This document shows, one piece after another, positions 37,762 to 47,792 of a stretch of DNA of 64,000 bases. The notes beneath the pieces were generated by a model. It was not told where the DNA came from. It saw only the letters and a program-made list of their open reading frames with translations, and searched no databases. The position numbers and the translations under genes are program-made. How positions within the stretch are numbered: position 1 is the first letter of the stretch; every line of letters begins with the position of its first letter. The stretch is from Calditrichia bacterium (GTDB lineage: Bacteria > Calditrichota > Calditrichia > RBG-13-44-9 > J075), in the NCBI GenBank assembly GCA_020634975.1, contig JACKAQ010000002.1:93456-157455 (forward strand), in the 5' to 3' direction.

Positions 37762-39780
37762 ATGAACCGACTGAATGAAATGACGATTGACGAATTGTGC
37801 ATCCAGACAATCCGCACATTGTCCATCGATGGCGTTCAAAAAGCCAACTCCGGTCACCCCGGTGCACCGATGGGTCTGGCACCGCTGGCTTATGTGCTGT
37901 TTACGAAAATCATGCAGCACAATCCCGATAATCCGCATTGGTTTAACCGGGACAGATTTGTGCTGTCGAACGGTCACGCCTCGATGTTGCTGTATTCGAT
38001 GTTGCACCTTTGCGGTTACGATTTACCGCTGGATGAGTTGAAACAATTTCGCCAGTGGGGCAGCAAAACACCCGGACATCCCGAAGTGCACCACACCGCC
38101 GGGGTCGAAACAACGACCGGGCCGTTAGGGCAGGGCGTGATGAATTCGGTGGGAATGGCGATTGCCGAAGCCCATTTGGCTGCCACATATAATCGCGATG
38201 GCTTTGATATCGTCAATCATTTTACCTACGCCATTTGCGGTGACGGTGATTTAATGGAAGGCGCATCTCACGAAGCGGCGTCGCTTGCGGGACATTTGGG
38301 GTTGTCGCGACTTGTCTGGATTTACGATGACAACCACATCAGCATTGAGGGCAGCACCGATTTGGCATTTACCGAAGACGTGGCGAAACGCTTTCAGGGA
38401 TACAATTGGCATGTGCAAAATCTCGGCGAAAAAGGCAACGATATCGCCGCCATCGAAAAAGCGCTGAAACGCGCACAGCGGGAGAAAAACCGTCCGTCGC
38501 TGATACTTTTGCGCACACACATCGGCTACGGATCGCCAAATATGCAGGATACCAGCGAGGTTCACGGCTCGCCGTTGGGTGAAGAAGAAGTGAAATTGAC
38601 CAAAGAATATTACGGCTGGCCGACCGACGAAACATTTTTCATCCCCGAAAAAGCAGCCGCACATTTTGCGCAAACCAAACAGCGCGGCAAAGGTAAACAG
38701 CGCGGCTGGATGCGCAAATTCAACGCTTACAAAAAAGCATTTCCCGAACTGGCAGCGCAATTAAATGCAGCAATCAGCGGCAAATTGCCGGATGGATGGG
38801 ATGAAAAATTACCTCAATTCAAACCATCCGATGGTGCAATGGCTACCCGGAAAGCATCCGGTGCGGTGATCAATTCGTTTGCCGATCGCATTCCGTGGTT
38901 TGTCGGCGGCAGCGCAGATCTCACACCATCAACAAATACGTTCATAAAATCCAGTGGTTATTTTTCGAAAGAAACGCCTGCAAATCGCAATATTGCGTGG
39001 GGTGTGCGAGAACATGTAATGGCGGCAGCCTGCAACGGATTGGCGTTGCACGGTGGGATTCGTCCGTATGGCGCCACATTTTTTGTATTCACGGATTATG
39101 CCCGACCGGGAATCCGGCTTTCTGCGATTATGCATTTGCCGGTAATTTATGTGATGACCCACGATTCTATCGGTTTGGGCGAGGATGGACCGACCCACCA
39201 ACCGGTTGAACATTTGGCATCACTGCGGGCGATGCCGAATGTGACGCTGATCCGTCCGGCGGATGCCAACGAAACAACTTTCGCATGGAAAGCTGCGCTG
39301 GAGAACGCCAACGGTCCGACAATTCTGGTGCTCACCCGACAGGGATTACCCGTTTTTGATCGCAGCGAACTCGGTTCGGCTGATGGCGTGACAAAGGGAG
39401 CATACATTCTCGCCAAAGAAAAAGGTTTAAAACCAGCCGTAATTCTCATCGCCAGCGGGTCGGAAGTAGCAATTGTAATGGAAGCCAAAAAACAGCTCGA
39501 CGACGCAGGAATTGACACGCGGGTGGTAAGCATGCCCAGTTGGGAATTGTTCCGGATGCAATCGGCGAAATATCAAAAAGAAGTGTTGCCACCATCTGTG
39601 AAAGCGCGGGTTGCGCTGGAAGCAGGATCACCCATGGGCTGGCGCGATTGGGTTGGCGAAAAAGGCACTATCATCGGTATTGATACTTTTGGTGCCAGCG
39701 CACCATACAAAGAAATTTACAAACACTACGGGCTGACTGCCGAAAATGTGGTGGGAAAAGTCAAGGCTTTGGTTGGCTAA
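37762..39780 (+). CDS. tkt: transketolase
   Basis: [51 protein letters not shown], and full-length collinearity with Tkt. Start set at ATG 37762 after AGGAA rather than the TTG at 37756. Confidence 0.9.
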   Translation: MNRLNEMTIDELCIQTIRTLSIDGVQKANSGHPGAPMGLAPLAYVLFTKIMQHNPDNPHWFNRDRFVLSNGHASMLLYSMLHLCGYDLPLDELKQFRQWGSKTPGHPEVHHTAGVETTTGPLGQGVMNSVGMAIAEAHLAATYNRDGFDIVNHFTYAICGDGDLMEGASHEAASLAGHLGLSRLVWIYDDNHISIEGSTDLAFTEDVAKRFQGYNWHVQNLGEKGNDIAAIEKALKRAQREKNRPSLILLRTHIGYGSPNMQDTSEVHGSPLGEEEVKLTKEYYGWPTDETFFIPEKAAAHFAQTKQRGKGKQRGWMRKFNAYKKAFPELAAQLNAAISGKLPDGWDEKLPQFKPSDGAMATRKASGAVINSFADRIPWFVGGSADLTPSTNTFIKSSGYFSKETPANRNIAWGVREHVMAAACNGLALHGGIRPYGATFFVFTDYARPGIRLSAIMHLPVIYVMTHDSIGLGEDGPTHQPVEHLASLRAMPNVTLIRPADANETTFAWKAALENANGPTILVLTRQGLPVFDRSELGSADGVTKGAYILAKEKGLKPAVILIASGSEVAIVMEAKKQLDDAGIDTRVVSMPSWELFRMQSAKYQKEVLPPSVKARVALEAGSPMGWRDWVGEKGTIIGIDTFGASAPYKEIYKHYGLTAENVVGKVKALVG

Positions 39781-39812
39781 ATTGTGCAATAATTTTTTTT
39801 ATGGAAATTATC

Positions 39813-39852
39813 CAAAAAGCCGGTGCAGCAATTTGCACCGGCTTTTTTTTTA
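39813..39852. terminator. bidirectional rho-independent terminator
   Basis: AAAAA-agccggtgca-gcaatt-tgcaccggct-TTTTTTTT between convergent tkt and the Cys-rich gene. Confidence 0.7.
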
Positions 39853-39859
39853 TTTTTTG

Positions 39860-42004
39860 TCATCTGTTGGGATTCACCCGGCAGGAAATGACCGTTCCAA
39901 TCCAGCCGACCAGATTCAATCCGGTATTCCAGATCAGCATTATAAGCCAGCCCCATGCCCAAACACATGCACCGATGATAAATTCCAGCCAACTGACCAC
40001 CAGTTGCACTAACCCCAAACTACCGACTTCGAAAAATATTTTGCACATCGACGGACGGCAGGCCACAATCCACCAGATAAATACGCCAACGCCCGCGCCG
40101 AACAGCAAAAGACCGATCGGTACCAATTTTAATGCACAGAATGGGCAAGTGCCGAAGTAAAGAAATATAAAACCTGCACTGATGAGCACTTGCCAGAGGA
40201 GCACCATCCAATCATCGCACCATGTTGGGCGGCAACACCACCACCAAAAGAGTAAAATGGCGATGGTGATCAGAATGGCGATGACCAGAACAACTGGCGC
40301 GACCCACACTGCAATTGCAGCCCAGCCCGCGGTTTGGGGGATCAACGGATTGACGACCACTTTTGCACAAATCCAGACGGCTGCTGCCATCGCCGAGATA
40401 GTTGCGAAAAATATGATTGCCAATCGCAACAGCCAGCAGTCGATGCAAAATGTATCTGTCCGGCAACCGCGGAGGGTTACGCTGGCCGAACGATCCGGGC
40501 AGTTGGGATCGGCGTTTGCGGCCGTAACGGTAACGGTGGTGCTGGGCGGCGTGGTTCTCAAAAAGCAGCATCCGCCGATGGCAGAACCATCGAAAGTGAT
40601 GGTTGCCTGTGTGCCGTTGCCGAGTGGGGTTGCACCGGCAGACCATTGTAAATCCACATTTTCCAAATCACCGCCGGTTGCTTCCAGAAAATAGACCCCG
40701 GAATTTACGCAGCCTACGGTATTCACCGTATTTCCCGCGGTATCGGTAACGGTGATGCCGAGCGCTTCGTCCGGGCAGTCGCAGGCAACCAATGTAATTG
40801 CGTCGCTTAAAACCGGGCAGCCGTCGATCAGTACTGCCACGCTGATTTCCACAACTTCGCCTTCAGACAAATCGTAGCTAAACTCTGTTGTGGTGAATCC
40901 GGGTTGCAGAACGCCATCAACACTCCACGAAATTTGCATTTCCGGAGCATCCGGTTCAACCAGCACAATTGAGTATTTTGTTGCGGGAATGCAATCTTCG
41001 GTATCAATATCGATGGTGTTGCCAAGAGGATCGAGCACTGCCAAACGGGCGCGATCCGGGCAGCGTTGGCAACCGCTGAGCACCACGCTGTCTGCCAACG
41101 GGGGGCAATCCGGAGCGACGACCGCCACATTTATTTCCAGCGATTGCCCGGCAGAAACACTCACATCCAGTGTGCTGCCGGTTTGTCCTTGCTGCAACGT
41201 ACCGTTAATCGTCCACGAAAACGTCAGGTTTGATCCGGACGGCTGAACCACTTTTACTGAATAATTTCCCGGGTCCAGACATGCCAATTGATCGATGTCA
41301 ACGGTGTTGCCCAGCGCATCGCGGACTTCTGTTGATATCTGATCCGGACACGGCTCGGACGGACAATGGGGCAAATTCACCGTAACTTGCCCGGGCGGGC
41401 AGCCCTGCGGAAACACAATTCTGAACTCTGCAACATAACTCAGATTGTTTGGATCACTCGCGTCGTATTCGTGGGCGATATCCACCGGGTTTGCGCTAAA
41501 AACTTCGGACGATGAATTTTCGCCATCGCCGAAATCCCATTCATAAATGGTAGGGGTTGGCGCATTATTTACCGTCGCACGAAGCGAAACCAATCGTTTG
41601 CCATCGTTGGCGCAATTTTGTGAAATAGACAGTATTTCAACATTTACGGAGGGACACGGGTCGGTATCTGCCCGGCAGGTCAGCCCGTCGAACGCCTCAC
41701 TGTTGCCACATGTCGGTTCATCGCAGCAAAATGCTTCCACCACCAGTTTTTCGACGTTGCTGCAGGCAAAATCTCCGGTGGTAAAATCGCCGTTTGCGGC
41801 GTCGAACAGAATAATCCATTCACCGTTTGGATTGATATTTTCGGTTTCCAACACCGATGTTTCGGTGCCATTCAGTGTATTGATGACCTTCACACAAATT
41901 TTTTGGCAATCCGTTACAGTGCCGGTAACCTCAAGTTTTGAGGGTGGCTGCCCGGATCCCGGAACAATTCCGGAAATACCGGAAATGATTATCTGACATG
42001 CCAT
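39860..42004 (-). CDS. orphan cysteine- and tryptophan-rich repeat protein with C-terminal polytopic membrane domain
   Basis: 714-aa ORF with ATG behind AAAGGGGA. No N-terminal signal peptide. One PKD-like segment (YEWDFGDGE). Three ~95-aa tandem modules each begin C-P-D. About six C-terminal hydrophobic spans. Details are in the findings. Confidence 0.6.
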   Translation of the reverse strand: MACQIIISGISGIVPGSGQPPSKLEVTGTVTDCQKICVKVINTLNGTETSVLETENINPNGEWIILFDAANGDFTTGDFACSNVEKLVVEAFCCDEPTCGNSEAFDGLTCRADTDPCPSVNVEILSISQNCANDGKRLVSLRATVNNAPTPTIYEWDFGDGENSSSEVFSANPVDIAHEYDASDPNNLSYVAEFRIVFPQGCPPGQVTVNLPHCPSEPCPDQISTEVRDALGNTVDIDQLACLDPGNYSVKVVQPSGSNLTFSWTINGTLQQGQTGSTLDVSVSAGQSLEINVAVVAPDCPPLADSVVLSGCQRCPDRARLAVLDPLGNTIDIDTEDCIPATKYSIVLVEPDAPEMQISWSVDGVLQPGFTTTEFSYDLSEGEVVEISVAVLIDGCPVLSDAITLVACDCPDEALGITVTDTAGNTVNTVGCVNSGVYFLEATGGDLENVDLQWSAGATPLGNGTQATITFDGSAIGGCCFLRTTPPSTTVTVTAANADPNCPDRSASVTLRGCRTDTFCIDCWLLRLAIIFFATISAMAAAVWICAKVVVNPLIPQTAGWAAIAVWVAPVVLVIAILITIAILLFWWWCCRPTWCDDWMVLLWQVLISAGFIFLYFGTCPFCALKLVPIGLLLFGAGVGVFIWWIVACRPSMCKIFFEVGSLGLVQLVVSWLEFIIGACVWAWGWLIMLIWNTGLNLVGWIGTVISCRVNPNR

Positions 42005-42390
42005 ATTATTCCCCTTTATGGGTTGAATAGTGTGGAATAGTATTTAATGTAAATGATCTAACTTAGAAATAATTTGAAGTGCAAGCGGTTCGCGAATAAT
42101 GAGAATAGCAAAATGAAATGTATTTTTTAGATGCCGAATAAAATATGAATATATTATGAAAAATCCAACGTTTGCGCCCGACAATTTTGTATGAAAATTT
42201 GCGAAGCCAATTTGCCGTTTCGTAAACCTGTGAGCCTACAAATGCCGTTCGCTGACGATTCTTCCGGTAAATTTTACAAAAATAAAATGTAAATTTAACC
42301 ATTTTGTGACGAATGTTTTTTGTTGTCTCTGAAATTCTGTTTTAAATTATGTGTAATTTTTTTTCAACCAATTTTAATTAAGGGTATTCA

Positions 42391-42846
42391 TTGAAATACG
42401 TAAATGCATTTATTCTGATGGTGTTTTTTGGCACGGTCGCATGCCAAAAAACGGATAAAACCGCAGAGCATTCTCAAATGCAATCTGCAGATTCGGCGGT
42501 TGTTTACCAAGCACCCGTTGTTGCCGAAAATATCCCTCCCGGACAATGCCGTTTGGTTGGCAAAGTTGTTGAAACGGGTAATCCTGTGATTATTGCAGTG
42601 GAAAAAATTATCGGATACGGTTCCGGATTCAATGTACCGATTGCCGTTGGCAACCAAATTCCGGTTGAATTTGCCCAAAACGGAACGGGCAGTTCCGACA
42701 CGGTTTCCCAACCATCGCTTCCCTCCGAAAATTTGCAACCCGGTGATTTGATTCGCACAGATATTCGTCGAAAAACGGATTCTTTCGATCAGCTCAACCG
42801 CCAGTTGATTGTTTTTATCGCTTATCAATTCGAAAAAATACAGTGA
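42391..42846 (+). CDS. small lipoprotein, unknown function
   Basis: 151 aa, TTG start. Signal peptide with lipobox FFGTVAC. No recognisable motif. Confidence 0.45.
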   Translation: MKYVNAFILMVFFGTVACQKTDKTAEHSQMQSADSAVVYQAPVVAENIPPGQCRLVGKVVETGNPVIIAVEKIIGYGSGFNVPIAVGNQIPVEFAQNGTGSSDTVSQPSLPSENLQPGDLIRTDIRRKTDSFDQLNRQLIVFIAYQFEKIQ

Positions 42847-42910
42847 TTGTTGAAAATATTAAAATTAGATACTTATTCATTTATGTTGATTCACAATGGA
42901 GGTAATTTTA

Positions 42911-45900
42911 ATGAAATTAACAGTTTATAAACGATTGCTTTTTGCGCTACCCGTTGTCCTTGTGTTGATTGCAGCGGCAATATTTTTTACAACAGAACGG
43001 CGGGTTGCTCTTAACGAAGTCGATTTTAGCAACCGGCCACGGGTGCGATCATCATTTTCGCCCAAAAATCCGGATGACGCGCAATCCCGGACAAGCTTTG
43101 AATTCAACCGTTTCAAAAACCCGGTGACCGGCGAAATTCCAGCCAACATCCGCCAAAAAGAATTAGCGTTTGTGCGTAACTTAACCCAACAGCAACAATT
43201 GCAAAACAGCAACATTACCTATTCCGCTAATTGGGAATTGCGCGGTCCGAAAAACGTTGGCGGTAGAACCCGGGCATTGGCAATCGATCTCAATTTTAAC
43301 GGATCGACCAACCGGCGGATTTTGGCCGGCGGAATTTCAGGTGGCGTTTATTTATCAGAAGATGACGGTGCAACCTGGAGTTTGCGCACCAGTTTGAGTT
43401 CGCACGCGAGTGTTACCTGCATTGCGCAGGACCCCACAAATCGCAGTGTGTGGTATTACGGCACCGGCGAAGCCGTCGGGAATTCGGCTGCCGGTGGCGG
43501 CAATTTTGCTTATTGGGGGCACGGTATTTTCAAATCCACCGACAACGGCAACAGTTGGTCGCAGTTGCCCAGCACGATAAACAATAACGATCCGCACAAT
43601 TTTGATCAATTTTTTGATCTGGTTTACAACGTTGTCGTTAGCCCCACAAATAGCAATATTTTTGCCGCAACGTATGGCGCCATTTTCCGCTCGACGGATG
43701 GCGGCAATAGCTGGACACCGGTTCTCGGCAGACAACAATCGCCATTTAATTTTAGCACGGACGTAGCCGTTGCCAGCAATGGCGATGTGTATGCCGTTAT
43801 GGGTAAACATGGCGCGCAAATTACGGAATATGGTGTGTACCGCTCCACCGATAACGGCGCCAATTGGACGCAAATTAACCCGTCGGGATTAAATGCAGAT
43901 CCGCAACGGATGGTTGTGAACACCGCACCGTCAGATGCAAATACGGTGTATGTTTTGTTGCAGGTTGGCAATGGCTCCACTGCTGCGGAGCATCAATTAT
44001 TCAAATACAACGCGGGTTCGAACAGTTGGACAAACCTCAGCTCTACGCTGCCAAACTTCGCGGATCTCGGTAAATTTGATTCGCAGGGCGGTTACGATTT
44101 GTATGTTAAAGTGAAACCGGATAATCCGAACACTTTCTGGCTCGGTGCTACCAACCTGTATCGAACCACCAACGGCGGACAATCTTATGATTGGGTTGGC
44201 GGTTATCACCAAACCGATTTTCTCTATCAAAATCACCATCCGGATAACCATTCGATGTCGTTTTATCCGAACAATGTCAATGCGCTTATTTCCGGGCACG
44301 ACGGTGGTTTGTCGAAAGCGAGCAATGCGCTGGAATCGCCGCAAACCTGGACATCGCTCAACAATGGCTATCTGACATCGCAGTTTTATGCGACATCTGT
44401 AGACCCGAATCCCGGTGGCGTAAACATGTTGGGCGGCTTGCAGGACAACGGCAGTTGGCTGCTGGAGTCCAACGCACCCAATACCGATTGGGTGAATGTG
44501 TTCAGCGGCGACGGTGCGTATAACGCCATTGCTCCCGGCGGTTTCCCATTTTATGTCTCCTCCCAAAGCGGGAATGTGGTTCGGGTAACGATCAGCGGTA
44601 ACCAGGCCGTTTATTCGCTGGTGAAACCGGCAAATGCTCAGAATTTCCTGTTCATCACTCCGTTTTTGCTCGACCCGAACGATCACAAAGTAATGTATAT
44701 GGCTGAAGGCGGGCAGGTATGGCGAAACAGCAATCTCGATGGCATTCCGTCCGGAAACGGAAACCCGACATCGGTGAACTGGACAGCGTTGACCGGCTCA
44801 GCTGTCGCCAATTCACAGGTTACGACAATCGCGGTTGCCAAAACTCCGGCAAACCGGTTGTATTTTGGCGCAACCAATTATCAATCGACAACAGTTTTAA
44901 AACGGGTAGATAACGCCGCGAGCAATCCCGCCGGAACGGTTATTACGCCCGGCGTTACCCAGGGTGCGTATCCGTCCTGCATTGCTGTGAATCCCAATAA
45001 TGGCGATGAAATTATCGCAGTTTTCTCCAGCTACGGTGTTGAGGGACTGTGGTATTCGTCGAACGCGGGAGCATCGTGGACAAATATTGACGGCAATTTG
45101 AGCGGGCAAAGCTCGCCATGCAGACGCTGGGCGAGCATCGTGCCAACTTCGTCCGGAACGGTTTATTTTATCGCGACCAGCGCCGGTGTTTACTCGACGA
45201 CATCCGTTTCCGGCAATGTGAGTTGGCAACAGGAAGGTACTGCCCTGATCGGCAACGTACCAACCGATATGCTGGTTTCCCGTCCTGCAGACGGTTTGAT
45301 TCTTGCTGCAACGCACGGACGCGGTGTGTATTCCGCGACTGTCGGCAGTGGGGGCAGTCCGGCAATTGCCAATGTAAACGTAAGCCAGGTGAACATCGAA
45401 TTGCAGCCAAACCAAACGCGTTCCAGAAGTTTTCAGTTGAGTAATGTTGGCGGTCAGCCGTTGAGTTACTCCATTTCGGTGAGCGGTTTGGGCAATGCGG
45501 ATAAAGGCGGTTTTCGGAACATGCTTTCCGAAAATTCGAAAATCGATAACAATTCGCCGCGCGCTTTTCCGCCAAAAAAACGTCCGGCGCAACTGCAACG
45601 GGTTTCTGCTGCCGGGGAAGTGGGGCAGCAGGGTGCATTTTCGCCGCAAACGCCGTTGATCGATGTGCTGTATCTCGACGATGGAAATGCGACGTCCGAT
45701 GATTTTATCGGGACCAACGATTTTGTCGATTTCTATTGGGCAACTGAATACAACCTGACCAGCGGCTTCCAACTAGAGCAAATCGATTTTTACATGCGCA
45801 CGGAAGGGTTGTTTTCCAACCTCGTTTATGTAGGTGTTTACAGCGATTTAAACGGCGCTGCGCTCGAAGAAGGGCTCCTGAATTTCAACACTGCGCCAAG

Positions 45901-46897
45901 TGGCGGATGGTTTACCGTAACACTAACGCCGGGCATCCAGTTTAACGCAGGGAGCACCTTTTATTTGGTTGTTGGTGCGGATGGGCTGATCAGCTTCCCC
46001 GCCGGTGCGGATGTGGATGCAACCATACCAAACAAAAGTTACTATCTCGATAATACCAGTTTTACCTGGCAAAACCTGAATACCGTTGGCGGATTTGAAA
46101 ACGGTGCCTTTTTAGTCCGGGCGCTCGGGACGATCTCCGGTGGCGGAAATACGCCGCCCAACGCAGTTGCATCTGTGCCAACAACCGGCAACACAAATCA
46201 GGCAATCACGTTTGATGGCTCCGGATCGAACGATACCGACGGGACAATCAGCCAATATTCATGGAATTTTGGGGATGGCACAAACGGCAGCCAGGCCGTT
46301 ACATCGCACACCTATTCGCAGCCGAATACCTACACCTGGACGCTGACCGTCACCGATGACGATGGCGCAACCGATCAGGCAACCGGGCAAATTACCATTT
46401 CCAACACAACCACAACACGATTGACAGTTACGCCCAGTTCAGGCTCCGTTGCGGCGGGCGGCAGCCAAACTATTGTCGCGAATTACGACGCCACCAATCA
46501 GCCGGAAGGCACTTACACCGGACAAATTTCCATCACTACCAACGGCGGGAATATCTCGTTGCCTGTAACGGTTTTGGTGAGCAATCTGGTGGGTATCGAT
46601 GATGATGCAGCGCAGCCGGAAGCGTTCGAATTGGCGCAAAACTATCCCAACCCGTTTAATCCGGCTACGACTATTCGTTACAAACTTGGTGCGGCATCGC
46701 CGGTATCGTTAAAAATTTACGATATGCTCGGTCGGGAGATCAAAACATTGGTTGCAAACTCGCAGCCGGCCGGCAGCTACGAAATTGTTTGGGACGGCAC
46801 AAATGCCCGAAACCAGCCGGTGCCTAGTGGCGTTTATTTGTATCGACTGAAAGCTGAAAATTTTTCTGAACAACGGAAGATGATTTTGTCAAAATAA
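42911..46897 (+). CDS. BNR/sortilin-type beta-propeller protein with PKD domain and T9SS CTD
   Basis: Start at ATG 42911 behind GGAGG. Repeated S-x-D-x-G-x-x-W BNR motifs (SEDDGATWS, STDNGNSWS, STDGGNSWT, STDNGANWT, SSNAGASWT). PKD segment YSWNFGDGTNG...TLTVTDDDGATD. CTD: AQNYPNPFNPATTIRY...GVYLYRL...RKMILSK. Confidence 0.75.
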   Translation: MKLTVYKRLLFALPVVLVLIAAAIFFTTERRVALNEVDFSNRPRVRSSFSPKNPDDAQSRTSFEFNRFKNPVTGEIPANIRQKELAFVRNLTQQQQLQNSNITYSANWELRGPKNVGGRTRALAIDLNFNGSTNRRILAGGISGGVYLSEDDGATWSLRTSLSSHASVTCIAQDPTNRSVWYYGTGEAVGNSAAGGGNFAYWGHGIFKSTDNGNSWSQLPSTINNNDPHNFDQFFDLVYNVVVSPTNSNIFAATYGAIFRSTDGGNSWTPVLGRQQSPFNFSTDVAVASNGDVYAVMGKHGAQITEYGVYRSTDNGANWTQINPSGLNADPQRMVVNTAPSDANTVYVLLQVGNGSTAAEHQLFKYNAGSNSWTNLSSTLPNFADLGKFDSQGGYDLYVKVKPDNPNTFWLGATNLYRTTNGGQSYDWVGGYHQTDFLYQNHHPDNHSMSFYPNNVNALISGHDGGLSKASNALESPQTWTSLNNGYLTSQFYATSVDPNPGGVNMLGGLQDNGSWLLESNAPNTDWVNVFSGDGAYNAIAPGGFPFYVSSQSGNVVRVTISGNQAVYSLVKPANAQNFLFITPFLLDPNDHKVMYMAEGGQVWRNSNLDGIPSGNGNPTSVNWTALTGSAVANSQVTTIAVAKTPANRLYFGATNYQSTTVLKRVDNAASNPAGTVITPGVTQGAYPSCIAVNPNNGDEIIAVFSSYGVEGLWYSSNAGASWTNIDGNLSGQSSPCRRWASIVPTSSGTVYFIATSAGVYSTTSVSGNVSWQQEGTALIGNVPTDMLVSRPADGLILAATHGRGVYSATVGSGGSPAIANVNVSQVNIELQPNQTRSRSFQLSNVGGQPLSYSISVSGLGNADKGGFRNMLSENSKIDNNSPRAFPPKKRPAQLQRVSAAGEVGQQGAFSPQTPLIDVLYLDDGNATSDDFIGTNDFVDFYWATEYNLTSGFQLEQIDFYMRTEGLFSNLVYVGVYSDLNGAALEEGLLNFNTAPSGGWFTVTLTPGIQFNAGSTFYLVVGADGLISFPAGADVDATIPNKSYYLDNTSFTWQNLNTVGGFENGAFLVRALGTISGGGNTPPNAVASVPTTGNTNQAITFDGSGSNDTDGTISQYSWNFGDGTNGSQAVTSHTYSQPNTYTWTLTVTDDDGATDQATGQITISNTTTTRLTVTPSSGSVAAGGSQTIVANYDATNQPEGTYTGQISITTNGGNISLPVTVLVSNLVGIDDDAAQPEAFELAQNYPNPFNPATTIRYKLGAASPVSLKIYDMLGREIKTLVANSQPAGSYEIVWDGTNARNQPVPSGVYLYRLKAENFSEQRKMILSK

Positions 46898-46926
46898 TTT
46901 CACAAATCACCACATTTCATTTGATA

Positions 46927-46954
46927 AGGCTGCGTTCGCGCAGCCTTTTTTTTA
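46927..46954 (+). terminator. rho-independent terminator
   Basis: aggctgcg-ttcg-cgcagcct followed by TTTTTTTT. Confidence 0.75.
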
Positions 46955-47122
46955 TTTCAGAATGATGCGCCTGGTATTTCAATTTGATAATCCAGTTCTT
47001 GTGAAAATTATCCAAGTTGCTGTTTTTGTTGGATTTGAGAAAACACGAACTGTGTGGCACAGTTGTTGAACTTTATTGTTCGAATTACGGATCAAATTCT
47101 CAAATCGATAAAAGGAGTAACA

Positions 47123-47689
47123 ATGCAAGTTGAACAATTTCAAGCAATTATCATCGGCTCGGGGCAGGGTGGGGGACCGCTAGCAACGGATTTGGCAGAA
47201 GCCGGATGGAAAACCGCCCTCATTGAAAAAGGAAATCCCGGCGGAACCTGCGTCAATCGCGGATGCACGCCCACCAAAACCGTTGCCGCCAGCGCACGGG
47301 TTGCTCATTTGGTCAGCCGTGCGGGCGAATTCGGTGTGCGAACCGGTCCGGTAGTTATCGATCTGCCAGCCATTCTCAATCGGAAAGATGACGTTGTCGA
47401 ATTGTTTCGGAAGAGCGTTAAAAAATCGTTTAAAAATGTGGAAAATTTGACCTTTATCAGCGGCGAAGCGCGGTTTACCGGCGAAACGCGCGGCAAAATG
47501 AAAGTGGTCATTGATGCGAAAACCGACTGCATTTTGGGGTGCGCAATTCTGGCGCCGGAAGGCGGCGAGGTGATGTCTGCCCTGCAAATGGCGATGATGG
47601 GCGAACTGCCATACACCGAAATCCGTGATGGCGTTTTTGCTCACCCAACGATGACAGAATCGTTGAACAATCTGTTTGAAACGGTATAA
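47123..47689 (+). CDS. internally deleted pyridine-nucleotide-disulfide oxidoreductase remnant (open frame retained)
   Basis: Start at ATG 47123 behind AAGGAG. The N-terminal FAD/redox-centre part is IIGSGQGGGPLATDLAEAGWKTALIEK...GGTCVNRGCTPTK. It joins directly to the C-terminal dimerisation part, KVVIDAKTDCILGCAILAPEGGEVMSALQMAMMGELPYTEIRDGVFAHPTMTESL. Total length is 188 aa, where this family is normally about 450 aa. Confidence 0.7.
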   Translation: MQVEQFQAIIIGSGQGGGPLATDLAEAGWKTALIEKGNPGGTCVNRGCTPTKTVAASARVAHLVSRAGEFGVRTGPVVIDLPAILNRKDDVVELFRKSVKKSFKNVENLTFISGEARFTGETRGKMKVVIDAKTDCILGCAILAPEGGEVMSALQMAMMGELPYTEIRDGVFAHPTMTESLNNLFETV

Positions 47690-47792
47690 ACTTGGCGTTG
47701 CGGCAAAAACGCAGTAGGTTTAAGTAATTGATATTTCAATAGATATATCGGCAGCAATTGATTTAAATATTTCAAAAATAGCATGGTGGAAA

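Noticed and set aside
42063-42302. 79-aa minus-strand ORF in the AT-rich region upstream of the Cys-rich gene
   Set aside because: Low-complexity K/Y/F/I-rich sequence generated by AT-rich DNA. It has no SD. More likely this is promoter DNA.
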